A stretch of 62,000 nucleotides of DNA. It comes from Vicugna vicugna (lineage: Eukaryota). Below the pieces are notes generated by a model, which was given only the letters and a program-made list of their open reading frames with translations, did no database searches and was not told the origin of the DNA. The stretch lies in NCBI GenBank assembly GCA_013265495.1, contig MU058241.1, forward strand, positions 1,365,249 to 1,427,248, given 5' to 3'. Below are positions 37,470-50,019 of the stretch, one piece after another. The position numbers were made by a program, and so were the translations under genes. How positions within the stretch are numbered: the stretch's first letter is position 1; each line of letters opens with the position of its first letter.

Positions 37470-40440
37470 CTTGGACTGGAAAGCCGACGTCCTCCGAAGG
37501 AGACGGTGCAGGATTTGGACTGCCCACCTCTGTGAAGGAGGAGGGACTCTGGCCGGTGGGAAGACAGGGTGCAGTTTACACTGCCCAGGCAGCGGCTTCA
37601 CAATGACAAACACTCTTGTAACCGAGCAGGACCCTGGTGTGGGTGGGGGGCCTTCCTGGGACAGACCTCCCCTCCCCCATGTCTTCTGCTGTAGCTCCGC
37701 TCGGAAATATCCACATAATGCTATCTCACGCGTATTTCCTGAGTTTTTCAGATGCTAAAAATCACCACCAAAGGGAAGAAATTAACTACAACCAGAGCGA
37801 GGCCCCCAGACCTTCTGTAGCCTGGGGGTTGACAGTGTTGACCGCCTCACTGCCTCAACACCAGCTAATCAGAGGATTGTGCGGGAGCTGACCACCTACC
37901 CTGCGCCCCCCCACCCTGTCCCTTACCTGGCCTTTAAATATGCTTTGCTGAAACCCTTCAGGGAGTTCATGGCTTTCTTGAGCCTGAACCACCCCGTCCT
38001 CCGTGCTCGGCCCTGAAATAAAGCCTTCTCTGCTGCAAACTCCGACATTCTGGTCTGCCTGGCCTCACTGTGCGTCCTGCACGAACTTGCCTTTGGTAAC
38101 ACTCATCTGCAGAGAAGTGCTATCAGTTGCGGGGTTGGGGGAAGATGAGGCTTTGGGAGATCACGTGGCTTCTGCCCTTAATTGGAACAGAGACCAGCGA
38201 TAATTGGCAGATTGCTTGGTGGAGCAGCTGCGTTCAACCACGTCAGAAGCCTTGCAGAAAGAGCACGAGAAGCTCAGGGTGGCTAATTCTCCATTCACAG
38301 TCTGCGGCGAAAGCCAGGAGAGCTCCAGGAAAGCTGGAAGGAAGACGCTTCTGCAGCCGCAGGACAGGTTATGCTGGAAATCAGGACCCGGGCGGGCAAT
38401 CAGGAGGCAGGACTGCAGAGATGACTGGAAGATGATGGGGCTGCTCTGTGAGAGCGGGGCCCCATGGGGCAGGAAGAGCAGCACCCGAATCAACCAGCCT
38501 GAGGCTCTTGACACGCACGCATCCTGTGAAACACTGTCAGGTGGCCCCAATTCTTCCCGTGCAGTGGTCTCACCTGGAAGGGGTACCTTCTCAAAACACA
38601 GCTTATGTTCCTCAGTTCATACCACCTTCTTTCCTAGTGTTCCTTAGACCTGTGGTCTTCCAGCGCGAGCACACCTAGAGTCACGTGGAAGGTGAGCGAA
38701 GGCACAGATTCCTCCGCTCAAAGCTTCTGATGCAGCCGGGGCCGGGGCGGGTCCAGAGAGTCTGTGCTCCTCAGTCTTTCCCCGGTGATGCTGGCCACAC
38801 TGGGAGAACCCGCCGCTTCAGTCCTAGATCCAGGTCCCATCACAGTGCGAGCCCTTCTCTGTGGAAACAGACAGCCTGCATCCCAGAGGGGCTGCTCACC
38901 CAGACAGCTACCGGGGCGTGCGTGGAGATGGATCTTAGGACTGGGATCAGAGGAGCCGAGTAGAAGATGATCCTGGATACCAGTTAAGAGGATTCACTGG
39001 CATGGCGGCATTGACCCCTGCTCTGGGAGGATTCAAAAGAGCCCCCTTCACGAAAGCAGTAAGGAACACACAGGTGCGGGGCCGTCAGAATATCTGAGGA
39101 GTGACTCGGAGGCTGTTACCCACGGGCCAGGGTTGAGAGTGGATGCTGGAGCCACACAGCTGAATGCCCTAGTATCGATGGCACTGGTTGGCTCTTGGAA
39201 CGGCACGGGAAGGGAGCCGGCACGTGGTTGTCAGAAGCAAGGTGAAGCTAGTTACCATAATTGGCATCAACGCAGAGTAGCAGGCACCATGTCTGATGCC
39301 TGGGGAATCTGTGGCCCACACAGCTCTGTGAGGCGAGCGGTGGCTCTCGATTTCTTTAATAAAAAGAAACTAGAACTGTCAAGGAGAAAGCTGCCATCAA
39401 CTGCCTCCGTACAGTAATCACAGTCTCTTACTCAGTCTCCATCCTGAGACTGGCAGCTCACAGACCCACTGACTGGAGGCAATACCCTGTAATATGACAC
39501 AAAAATGCACAGTCCACGTTTCTGTTTGTTTTCCTAACCAGTGTCCACAGACAACAGCTCGAGCACTGCAGAGAACGGAACATCCAGAAAGCTTTAGGAT
39601 GGCAACGTGAGGACTTTTGACCCAGTTGCTCCTCATAGTGCCTCCAATGCTCCCACAGGCCTTCCCAAGTTATCTTCCCCAATTCCCAGGTGTATAACTG
39701 GGCTGTAACTGCGTATAGTTGGCCCCTCCCTCACGTGGGTTCTCTGATTTGAACCGTAAAGGTTGTCATAATAGGAAAAGCCAAGTGGAATCCCCTAAAT
39801 TGGCCGAGACAGTAGATCTGTAACATTAATACACTCAGGAGAAATTGCAAAGGTCAGTCCATGATTAAAAAACTCGAAGGACGCTGGAGCAGTGGGTGCC
39901 ATGTTATCCTTGTTCAAATCACATGTCTAGTCTACACAAAAACCAAGTGCGTCATGGAAACTAACCAGGAACCACCATGAACTTACCACAGTAGCCCCAG
40001 GGGGAGCCACTACTCTAGAGATGGTCTATTGAATGGGGCAGGTCAAGGTGATGTCGGGTGTTAACACTTTTTCAGAAGTCGTCCATCATCTGGGATGATC
40101 AAACCATTTTCACCTTCCCATGCTGACTCCGCAGCTCTCTGTCCTCTGGAAACACACCTTGGCACTCTCCACCGCATCACACTGGTCCACTGTACTTATG
40201 AGACCACATCTTTATGACATCACGTCTCCAGTATGTAGGACATCACATTATCAGCAGGAGGTGACATGTTTCCTTTATGCCCCAGTGAGACACAGGCATG
40301 CCAGAACATGGGAGATTAACTCAACAAAGACTTCACAGACTGCCCCAATGGTGAGGTTTTAGCGGCCCACTGGTCTCCAGCATGCCAGGATGACTCTTAC
40401 AAGGTAAAGGACAGTTTGTTCTATGTGAACGTCCTACACA
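37470..40440 (+). pseudogene. Decayed ERVL-class (HERV16/ERV3-16A3-like) gag-pol internal region
   Basis: Gag-like EKEHEKLRVANS near 38255. Pol-like pieces with stops and frameshifts: VKVVIIGKAKWNPL (~39756), KDAGAVG..F.S.V*..QKPSASWKLT (~39878-39966), ITLVH (~40176) and VRH.HAR.WEIN.TK (~40285). These resemble the ERVL RT motifs GKAKWKPL, KDAGVV, QKTDGSWRMT and VRHLRARGWEINPTK. Confidence 0.75.
37617..38101 (+). mobile_element. Younger ERV1-like solo LTR nested in the ERVL remnant
   Basis: TGTAACC...GGTAACA inverted termini, tttaaa TATA box, AATAAA at ~38017, flanks ctct/ctca. Confidence 0.85.
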
Positions 40441-40524
40441 GAGCTTGGTGGCAGAGGACAGAAAGAGTGCATTCAAAGCTGATCCAAAGTTTTGGTCCAA
40501 TTCGCTGGAGAATGATTCCATTTA

Positions 40525-40760
40525 CTGAGGTAAGAAATAGAGTGGGGAGCAGGTTGGGGGAAAATCACAATAATTGTTCATTTGAGACATGAAATTGAAG
40601 GTTCGTGTTGAGGACACACTTGAATATTTATGTAAGTCTGCATTAGGAGGAGTTGTCAAAATTTACCCAGTGTTTAGAATCACGAAACTGGATAAAGTCA
40701 CCTAGAAACAGTGGTCCGAAGACTGAGCACCCCAAAATGCAAGGGGACAGAAGACACACG
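40525..40760 (-). mobile_element. L2 fragment
   Basis: ggagcaggttgggggaaaatcacaataattgttcatttgagacatgaaattga..gaagactgagcacc is typical of antisense L2. Confidence 0.5.
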
Positions 40761-42781
40761 GCCCAGGAGAGCTCTCAGAGGCGGGCAGACTGACTCCTGG
40801 CCCGCATTCAAATACAGGGGGCGCACAAGAAGTGGAATTTACATTAAGAAGCCACAATCCTAACTGCTCTTTGCTGACCAAACTCCCCAGATACAACAGA
40901 ATCACACGTTTCAGCAGACACAGGATTTCTCAACAAGGAGCTTTGCACGGAACCATCTAGCCAGGTTTCCATCCACCAAAGGAATGAGGATTTTCTTAAA
41001 ACCTCCAAATCGTATACTTGGAGAAAAACTTCAACAGCCCATCATCCACTCGAATGTAACACCTCATTTTCACGAGCCCTGTCATCCTTCGAGGAGATTC
41101 TAACAATGACTTATTTAAGACTCGATGACACTGAAGGAAATTTGAGAGTGCTTCCAGCTTCTCAGTGGTCGAATACACGCATTCAATTATAGGTGCTAAA
41201 TCTTTCATCTTTGTAAAATGATTCTTCATTGTCAGTGATACAGAAAATATGCAAATCCATAATGAAAACAGCAAAACTCTCTCCTAAACCCACTTCCCAG
41301 ATTTAAGCCTTGAAAACTTAGAGCGTTTTCAATTCTCACCAAAATTTATGTTGTTGATTTGCTCCAATGAAACAGGCTGTAGTGCCTCCTTTAATAACAT
41401 AACTCCCCTCTTTGCAGACAGGCAGGAACCAGGAAGGCAGTTTCAAGCAACGCAGCCGCGTCTAGCCACTACAGAGTGTGAACGTTTGAGCAAACAGTTC
41501 GAGATAGAAAGTCTACAGCTATTTTACATGAGTGGAATTTAAATGTGTAAACAGATACTTTTCTAAAAAGTCTTACAGTAATCAACATGATTTAATACAA
41601 CCCAGCTCAGTGAATTCTGACTTGACATCTCCAACTTCAGGCCATTTACCTGGAACCCAGGGTGCAAGAATGAGTAACATGGTTCTTCTATTCAAGGATC
41701 TGAACGTGGAATAGGAAAGTTAACAGGTAAGCCTTACCTGCATGCACAGATCTGAAAGGGACACACAAAGTACAGAGGGAGGGGAGAATGACCTGCAGAG
41801 GGGGTCCGGGAGGAAGGGCTTCACGGTCATGATACTAAGTAGGACTTCGAAAGGAGTCACTATCTGGCACTGATGCAAACAGGGGGCGGGTAAAACATGA
41901 GAGAACGGACAGTCTGCACAAAGACCCACCCAGAGGAGAGTTTTGTGGTTGCCCTTAGCTCAGCTTAGAGTTTTCACTGTCCGTTTAACCAGCAATTTCA
42001 GGAGTTCAGGATCAAGTGACATAGAAAGAAACCCCAGTCTCCCAAAGAGTCCACAGTGAAACCTACCTCCCTTTTGAAGGAAAACCCAGTGTGCGATTTT
42101 TCCAAGTGTGTGAATTTTCTGTCTTGGTTTGTGGTCATTATAACTCCAAACAGAGCACAACTGGGGTTTCCGTTTTTATTAAAAAAATAAACAAAGCCAG
42201 CGATGAGACATCACCTCTGCCGACTTTTTAATTATATTTTGATGGCTTTTCAAGAATAACACCTTTCTGCAAACATACATCATACGCAAACAAAATTAAA
42301 CCCACACCTGAGGGCCTACCAAATCACAAACAGCTTTAATGGAATGACACAAAATTAATTTGAGAAATGTTGATTTTTGAAAACATTTTTACTCCCTCCA
42401 CTATTAAATGTGTCCTCTAGATCGCAAAACCCAAGACCTTTCTTTTTTTTTTTAAACTATTGTTCCTTTCTGAAACTGCTAACCAGGCCCCAGTATTTGT
42501 CAGGCTTCTAGGAGTCTGGAGAACCCTTTTCCTGCCCTGTAAGTTTGGGCATCTGAGTCTTCCCGGGTGCCTGTCTGCTGTCCCCTTGCAGACAGGCTTG
42601 TGTCAGTAACACCTCTCCTTATGCACGATGATTTCCAAGGAGGGTGAGCGCCAGGACTTACAAAGGGGTTTAACAGACCCTGAGGGCTACGGATCCGAAG
42701 TCTGAAAAGGCTTCTCAAATCTGTGTTCAAAAGAAAACATGGTTGATGCTACTGAAGTCTTCTCCCCGATCCTCCTTGCAC

Positions 42782-43249
42782 TTAGATAGGCTGGGGCCCT
42801 TTACTGGAGTGCTTGCACCTGGACAGACATCTGGTGCAACAGAATGCGAAGAAACTGCAAGGGACTGGAAAGAACTAGTGCACACACAGCTGGGGCAAAC
42901 TATGAACAGTAAGATACAAAAGGGCAAAAAACCCAGCTGCCACTTCTGAGGTGCCGGGAGCAGAAGCAGGTAGCACGTTGGATGCCTGCACACACACCAC
43001 CAAGGGGGCTGGCAGACCACCTATGCCACCCTCTTGGCCTTCCCCACCATCTGGCCTGCCCCCACCCTCACCCCATTTAAAGGACCAGCTCATCCCCCTC
43101 TCAGGAAAGGACCAAGGACACTTGTTTCTTGTTCTCACTCCCTCCTGCTGCTGCATGAGTTCCCATAAAGCCTCTCCTGAATTCCTCGTCTGGCCTCTTA
43201 TCTATTTCTGCTGATCAAGGAAGGAGTCCAGGGACCCTGATCGGTAACA
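42782..43249 (+). mobile_element. ERV solo LTR (same family as 20404-20859)
   Basis: Ends ccagggaccctgatcggtaACA, near-TSD gcac/gtac, collinear with 20404-20859. Confidence 0.8.
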
Positions 43250-44009
43250 GTACCAGGATTCCGCATCTGTCTTTGCCGAGGGAAAGCCACCTGATCCGAC
43301 ACCTGAATTTTTCCTATTTCACAATACTTAACAAGTACTTCCAACAATTTCTGATTTTTGCTTCAAATCCCAGCCCCACGGCTAGATAACAGTCCAGTGG
43401 AAAGAAAGACTGTCAGGTCATAGCATCAAACATGTAAGGACCATTTGCCTTTAAGTCATTCAACCCCTGGTTATAGGCATGCACTATTTTAACTTTTGGA
43501 CTCTTTTTGAATTCATTCAACACCTATTAACTGGAGACCACCATGCGCGAGATCCCCATGCTACCCGCTGGGAGTCCACCATCCTCCCTTTCTTTCCTCA
43601 ATTCAACAAGCATTTCTTGAAACAGCTCCCAGCTTTAGGAACCAGTTTCAGAGTCTAGCAGTGAATACAATAAATTTTATAAAAATGGTCCTAATAGATT
43701 TGGTAAAAGGTCTTACAAGCAAGCCAAGCAAGGGACGGTCCCCCTGCTGTGTGCACAGAATGGGAAAGGACTGTGGTGGCAACAGCATTAAAGAAGACAA
43801 CTTACTGTAACTACCGTGATCATCATGACAAAACTAACGCACAGTCAGCTCTTCATTTGAGCCAGATGCCTAACTAAGACCCTCTACGTGTGTTATTTTT
43901 ATCATCAGCAAAATGACCTGAGATCGGGCCTATCAACACCTCCTCCAGAGAGATGCCAAATAAGGTTTTATAGTAACTCACCCAATATCACCACATCAAT
44001 TAAAAACAA

Positions 44010-44370
44010 AAAGAGCAAAATGCGGAAGTACTGACTGACACCTGCTACAAAACCTTCCACAAAACATACTAATTTTAAAAAGCCAGATAAAAACCACTAC
44101 ATGGTGTTTGATTCCACGTACATGGAAAGTTCAGAACAGGCAAGTCTATAGACACAGAAATTGGAAACTGGGGGCTGAGGGTGGGGGCAGGGACCGACTG
44201 CACTCTGGCATCCGTGATTCTTTTTTGGGATGACAGAAACGTTCTCCAGCTGGACTGTGGTGATGGCTGCACAACTCTGTATGTGATGAAAAATCATTAA
44301 ACAGACGAGCTCTAGGGTATATAAATTACACTTCACTAAAGCCATCAGATTAAAAAATAAGAAGAAAAAG
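44010..44370 (+). mobile_element. L1MB-type 3' fragment
   Basis: gaagtactga..cagaacaggcaagtctatagacacagaaa..tttttgggatgacagaaacgttct..gtggtgatggctgcacaactctgt. Confidence 0.8.
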
Positions 44371-44472
44371 AAATGGCCGAAATGGCCCGAGCCCAGGAAC
44401 AATGAAATACCTTATCTTTCAGGACCATGAATCCACCTGCCCACACAGTTTCATGTTTGTCATCCTCCCGGT

Positions 44473-45258
44473 TTAGAAAACGTACACTCCTGTGTTCCTC
44501 CTCTACTGACCCACGGCCAGCACACTTAGAGCACTTCTGTCACCACATGTAGGGGGTTTGTGCACACCACACGATTCTGTGCCACCGGCGGGGTGTCCTA
44601 TAATCTAAGTCAGTTCTGACACCACCTACTGAGAGAGCATGTCAGATCCCAGCGGTGAAGGGCTCAGCCCCACAAGACCACCCCCACTTCAGATGCCAAC
44701 CATCACCAGTCCGGGTTGTCCCCTGTGCTTCCAACCAACGGGCTATACGTCGGAGGTCCCCCCTCAGGTTTGGTGAATTTGCTAGAGCAGCTCAGAGAAC
44801 TGAGGAAGACGCTTGACTTACTGTTGACCCATCTACTGTACAAGGATGTGACGAAGGATACAGATGAAGCTGTGGAGGGCAGAGGCCGCAGGGCGAGGCA
44901 TGTGGGAAGGGGCGGGGCGCTTCCCTGCCCTCTCCCGAGGGTACCCGTCTACCAGCCTGGACGCTCCCCAACCCCACAGCCTTGGGATTTTTTATGGAGA
45001 CTTAATCAGGTAGACATGATCCATCATCAGCTGCATTTCCAGCCCCCTACCCTTCCTGGAGAATGGAGGGTAGGGCTGGAAGTTCCAAGCTTCTACTCAC
45101 GGCTTGCTGTTTCTTGTGAGCAGCCCTCAACCAGGAGCCCAACAAGGATGCCCTTATCTGAACAAACGACTCCCCTATTACTCAGGAAACTCCAAGGGAT
45201 TTCTGAGCTCTGTGTCAGGAAGGACAGAGGCCAACACATATATATTTTTTCATTCCTG
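44473..45258 (-). mobile_element. MER21-like LTR
   Basis: cacttctgtcacca..gggtgtccta..ttctgacacc..gtcagatccca..aagggctcagccccacaagacc.cccccacttcagatgcca..aatttgctagagcagctcagagaact..ccaagggattt..aggccaacacatatatattt. Confidence 0.85.
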
Positions 45259-45539
45259 TTCTAGGAAACTGCAGATCCTTCGATGGCTTCCAGACCCAAC
45301 TTTTTCAGCTGAAATCAAGCTGCCCTTCAGAATACAAGTATCAGTCACCTGTGAACTCTTCCATGGCCACCTGAGCTCGAAATGCCCGTGGTTTCAGCCA
45401 AGTACAGGGCACAGGTCCTGTCCTCTGCAGTCTCTCTCCCAGAACAAGTCCCAGAGCCCGCACGCCGGTGCAGAGAAAGCGAAGTAGCAACTAGGAGGCC
45501 CCGATGTGTGCCAAACACAGCCACCCTGCAGAAGTCTTT

Positions 45540-45690
45540 TACTATTTCTCATAAAACCCTGGAAAATAACGCCCCACCTCACTGTGACAATGCAGAAACT
45601 GATGCTTAGAGAGGTGAAGTATTTTGGTCCAAGGTCAAGCAGACAATTAATGGCAGGGCTGAATTAGGAACCGAGCTTCTGCAGTTCCAG
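45540..45690 (-). mobile_element. MIR SINE
   Basis: gaaactgatgcttagagaggtgaagtattttggtccaaggtcaagcag..aatggcagggctgaatt. Confidence 0.7.
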
Positions 45691-46318
45691 GAGCTCTCAG
45701 ACGCTAATCATTTCTGACGTCCTGGTTCCTGACGGGCTTTTGCACCACTCAATCCGCGAAAGCTACTGTTGTCCCCTTTCATCACGGAGCTTAAAGGTAC
45801 CAGCTTGCATTTTGAAAGCACAGAGCCTTGCCTGCATGGCTGGGTCTCCAATCGCACGGTGACTAACACATGCAACATCCCTGAAGACCTCTAACACTAA
45901 ATGGCTTTTAAATAAAACATAGCCTCAATTTCATTTTTATCACACCAATGAATTAGTGCCAACCACACTTCAGTTACCATACACTGTTTTCTCAAAATTA
46001 AATTTTTCTAAAAGTAACCTTTTCCGTGCTCAAGGGCATATAAAACAAGCTAGCAGAATCAACAGCCTACTGGTCTTAACAGAGGATAGAAAGTACCCAC
46101 GTAAAAGAGACAGGGATGTGCAGGATGAAAACCACAGAACCCATTTTTGTTAACACCTTTAACGCTAAAGTGTGTGTTACAGACATTTAGCAGAAGACAG
46201 TGACAATGGGGCCACATTTGTGAAAAGAACTCATAAGACTATTTCATTTTAAGGAGATCAATAGTGACACAGCAAATACGTTTCCATTGAAAGCATCACG
46301 GAAGTTAAGTTATGTCAT

Positions 46319-46549
46319 CAGTCATTCTCAAATGGGGCAATTTTGCACACACATACACACACATACACAACTGGCAATGTAGGAAGACACTTTTTGTTTT
46401 CACTACTGGGGGAAGGAAGAGGGTGCTACTTACAACCAGTGGGCAGAGGCCAGGGACTCTTCTCAACAGCCCACAGTGCACAGGTCAGCCCCCAAAACAA
46501 AAAGCCATCGAGCCTCAAATGTCAGTCGTCCCCAGACTGAGAACACCTG
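46319..46549 (+). mobile_element. MER20 DNA transposon fossil
   Basis: cagtcattctcaaatggggcaattttgc..agtgggcagaggccaggga..tgcacaggtcagcccc..tgagaacacctg. Confidence 0.85.
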
Positions 46550-46766
46550 GTTTATACCCCGGCGACAACGAACTTCGGGTGTTACTAAATAATCACCTTA
46601 GGAGTTTCATTCAACCAATAGTGATCTGCACTATTTATTTTCTTAGTATCATTTGATACCAAGAATTACTAGAATTCTACAGAGGCCCAAACCAGCAAAC
46701 AGGAGCATCATTTCAATCCCTCTTTGAGAAAAACGCTCATCTGTGTACACTAAGTAGACCACCAGA

Positions 46767-46934
46767 GTGCAACTGTATCTCCCCGTGCAGAGATTCACAC
46801 TTGCACGTGGACTACAGATACTGTTATCCATTTAAACACCATCCGTCACTGTGCAACAGTATCTCCCCGTGCGGAGATTCACACTTGCACTTGGACTGCA
46901 GATACTCTCACCTGTTTAAACATTATCCATCACT
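46767..46934. repeat. 84-bp tandem duplication (2 copies), each with an internal inverted repeat
   Basis: Units start at 46767 and 46851 (gtgcaac.gtatctccccgtgc.gagattcacacttgcac.tggact.cagatact). Confidence 0.9.
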
Positions 46935-49204
46935 GTGTCTAGTGCAAAATGATATACTGGACATGGAGCCATTCAAACCAGCCTCTAGGAAAAGGTCCCC
47001 ATGATGAAGTAAATTTCAGAGTTTTAAAAAACTGCTGCTACAACAGTGAAATCCAGTCAAGGAGCCGAATGTCCAAGTTCCCTTCTGCTCTGAGACAGTG
47101 ATTAAACTCTCTTTATGGGCTCGTGTTTAGAAGCTGCTCAGCTGTGGATGCCGTGGTGCTCGGGCTGCATTTCCTGGGCCCGATCATTGAAAGCAGTGGA
47201 TCGATTGTACTTCAAACAGAAGGACTTAGAAATAAAGCTGCCCCAAGCTGTTCTGTCCTGGCAGCATCAATTACATATTGATTTATTGGAGAAATTTCAG
47301 CTACCTATAGCTTCATTCCAGACTCAAACACTCAAGAGAGCCATTTATGGTTTACTAGACAAAAGGTACTTTTCCAGTTAATAAACTTCTTATTTATCTC
47401 TTCATCCTCACACAAAGAGGCACTCATAAAACCATCAGTCAATGTTCTGAAGTCTCACTTCAGCATTTTGAATGAAAGGTACCGAGAGTGGGGAAATACA
47501 TTTCTCCTTCAACCCAGGGTTTTTATGATTCTCGGCATTCCTGGGTCCCGCCTTTGGCCAAGGAGGTAATCTGTTTTGCACTAGTCATCAAAGGCAATGC
47601 TTTAGCTACAACCACCAATAAAAATCACAAAATTGGTAAGGCAAGTCACACTTGACTTCATGGTTTGGAAAACTTGCAGCCAAAACCCGTCTCCTCGCCA
47701 AATAAGGACCAGGCATCCCAAGCTGAGATGTTTAATAACAGACAAAGTAACAGGTGGGTTTTAAGTTCTGGCATTGACTTCACAAGTCACAGTGGAACAT
47801 TTAAGCATAAGGATGGACATAGCATCACATTAGAATTCCCTGGGGGTGGTTGTGAAAAAGTTCACATCTCCCAGCAGACCGGAACGAATCAGGGTGTGGA
47901 GGGCATTTCTGGGGGGAGAGGAGAAGGCTGGTCACTCTGGTTTTCCCCTCCCACCAGTCTCTCCTGCCCACCTCCACTCCTTTTTTCTCCTGCTTCTTCC
48001 TCTATGTTCTACCTCTTTCTTACTTTGCTGCCTCCTAATCTACTGCCCCCGACTTTCCGGATGTCCAGGAACAAAGGGCAACCACTCCTTTACCAGTTAC
48101 CTTCTTTTAGGAACGTGTCTGCCTGTGACTGTGTGTGTGTGGTTTGCAGCCCAGGCAGTGAGGCTGTCAGTCCTCTCTGCTCTCCCACGTCCTGTGGATG
48201 TTTGTGTACTATTTAAGCATTAATTATGTAATGTGTGTCAAGTGTTTGAAGCTCCTAGGGAAAAGACACTGTATTAACAGCATTATTATTAGTGTCTCCT
48301 CGGCTAAATTTCCATCACAAAACACATCAGGAAAGGAGTAGTGGCCATCTGTCACCCAGTTTTTCAATGCTCACGATCTACAGGATTGTGTTTGTTGCTG
48401 AATGGAGGTACCGTGTGAGCCGTATACAAAAATCATTTGTAAAGATGAGCTGAACTGCTGCTGGGGCCTACACTCACTGTTAACACCTTGCTATCAGCCA
48501 TTATTTGCAACAACCTGGAAAACAAGCCAGTTTCCATTATTCAGTTTTAATAATGATCATGGAAGCACGTATGTGTTAGACCATAAGCAATCTCGTCGGT
48601 AATGAGCAAAAGCGGTGACTTTTACTTGACTTTATCATGGATTACGAGGTTTCTAGGCAAGCCAGGTCTTGCCTGACCCACCACATGTCTGGGGAGTAAC
48701 CGCAAGGATGGTTTCCATGAAAGCAGCTCTTTTGCCCCTGTTCCTGTCTGCCCATTTCACATTATTTTGTAACTAATATGGCTGCAATAATCTTGATCTA
48801 AAAAAATCAATTCATTTCAACCAAAATCTAAGCAGAGGAAAGTTAAATGATGCTAAAAATCGTGCTAAATCATTACTAAGGGCAAGAGAAATGATGTTAT
48901 TTTAGAACGAAATATCCAAGTATTTTTTCTTTTGGAGAATTTTCAAATACCCAGGGGAAAACAGAGAAGGACAATTTGAACAATTAAGTAAAAGGCAGGA
49001 AATAAGAAAATAACAAGAAAGAATAAAAACTCAGAATGTAACACATAGCAGAGAACCAAAGACCATGCACCAATGGAGTATCACTTATGTCTACCAGACT
49101 TCAGACTGGTGGTTCTTGAACATTCTCCCCAGACCAACCTGCCTGAGAGACCCACAGACCCTCAATGATAACACGGGTCACTACAACTGCTAGTTCAAAA
49201 ATCA

Positions 49205-49795
49205 GGGATTTTGTGGTGTATTCATACAGGAATATTGTTCAGTCTTTTTTAAAGAAGGAAATCCTCCAATTTGGAACAACATGGAGTAACTTGGAGGACA
49301 TGATGCTGAGTGAAATAAGCCAGACAATGAAGGACAAATACGGCGTGATTCCACTGGCGTGTGATGTCTAGAACAGTCAAACTCATAGAATAAGAGAAGA
49401 GAAGAGACACTTGCCAGGAAGTGACGGGAACGGAAAACAGGAAGACATTGTTCAATGGTCTACACTTTCAGTTATGCGACACGAACAGATCCTCCAGATC
49501 TGCTGTACAACATAACACCAGCAGCTAGCACTACACAACTGTGAATTTAAGAAGTGGTCAAGAGGGTGGATCTCACGTTAAGTGTTCCTACAACAGCCAC
49601 GAATTAACAAAAACAAAAACGGAAGAAGCCCAAGGAGACTTTGAGAGGTCTATTACTTTGATCGTGGTCATGGTACCTTGGTGTATAGGGACATGGAATA
49701 TGTACAAACTCATCAAACATACATATTAAGTATGTGCAGTTTTGTACATAAATTATACATCAATAAAACTGTTAAGAAATAAAAATAAAGAAAAA
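49205..49795 (+). mobile_element. L1MA-type 3' fragment
   Basis: aagaaggaaatcctcc..caacatgg..ggaggacatgatgctgagtgaaataagccag..agagggtggatctcacgttaagtgtt..aaattatacatcaataaa. Confidence 0.85.
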
Positions 49796-49845
49796 ATAGG
49801 AAGAATGGATTAAGTTTTTCCAAGACATGCCCGCCCTGGAGGTTG

Positions 49846-49902
49846 AGAAGGATCAGGTCAGGTAAGAAGGATCAGGTCAGGTAAGAAGGCTCAGGTCAGG
49901 TA
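49846..49902 (+). repeat. 19-bp tandem repeat x3 (AGAAGGATCAGGTCAGGTA)
   Basis: Units at 49846, 49865 and 49884, with one substitution in unit 3. Confidence 0.95.
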
Positions 49903-50019
49903 ATGTTAGACGGAGCCTCCTAGCAAGTGTCCCACAAATGAGTGACAGGGTTTTGTTTTTTTTCCCCCATAACTGAAATAAATTACAACTATTTTTATAG
50001 CCCAACAAAAATAGGGCTT

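Noticed and set aside
48225..48292. Resemblance to an ancient SINE/L2-type 3' tail
   Set aside because: It is too short and degenerate to assign by eye.
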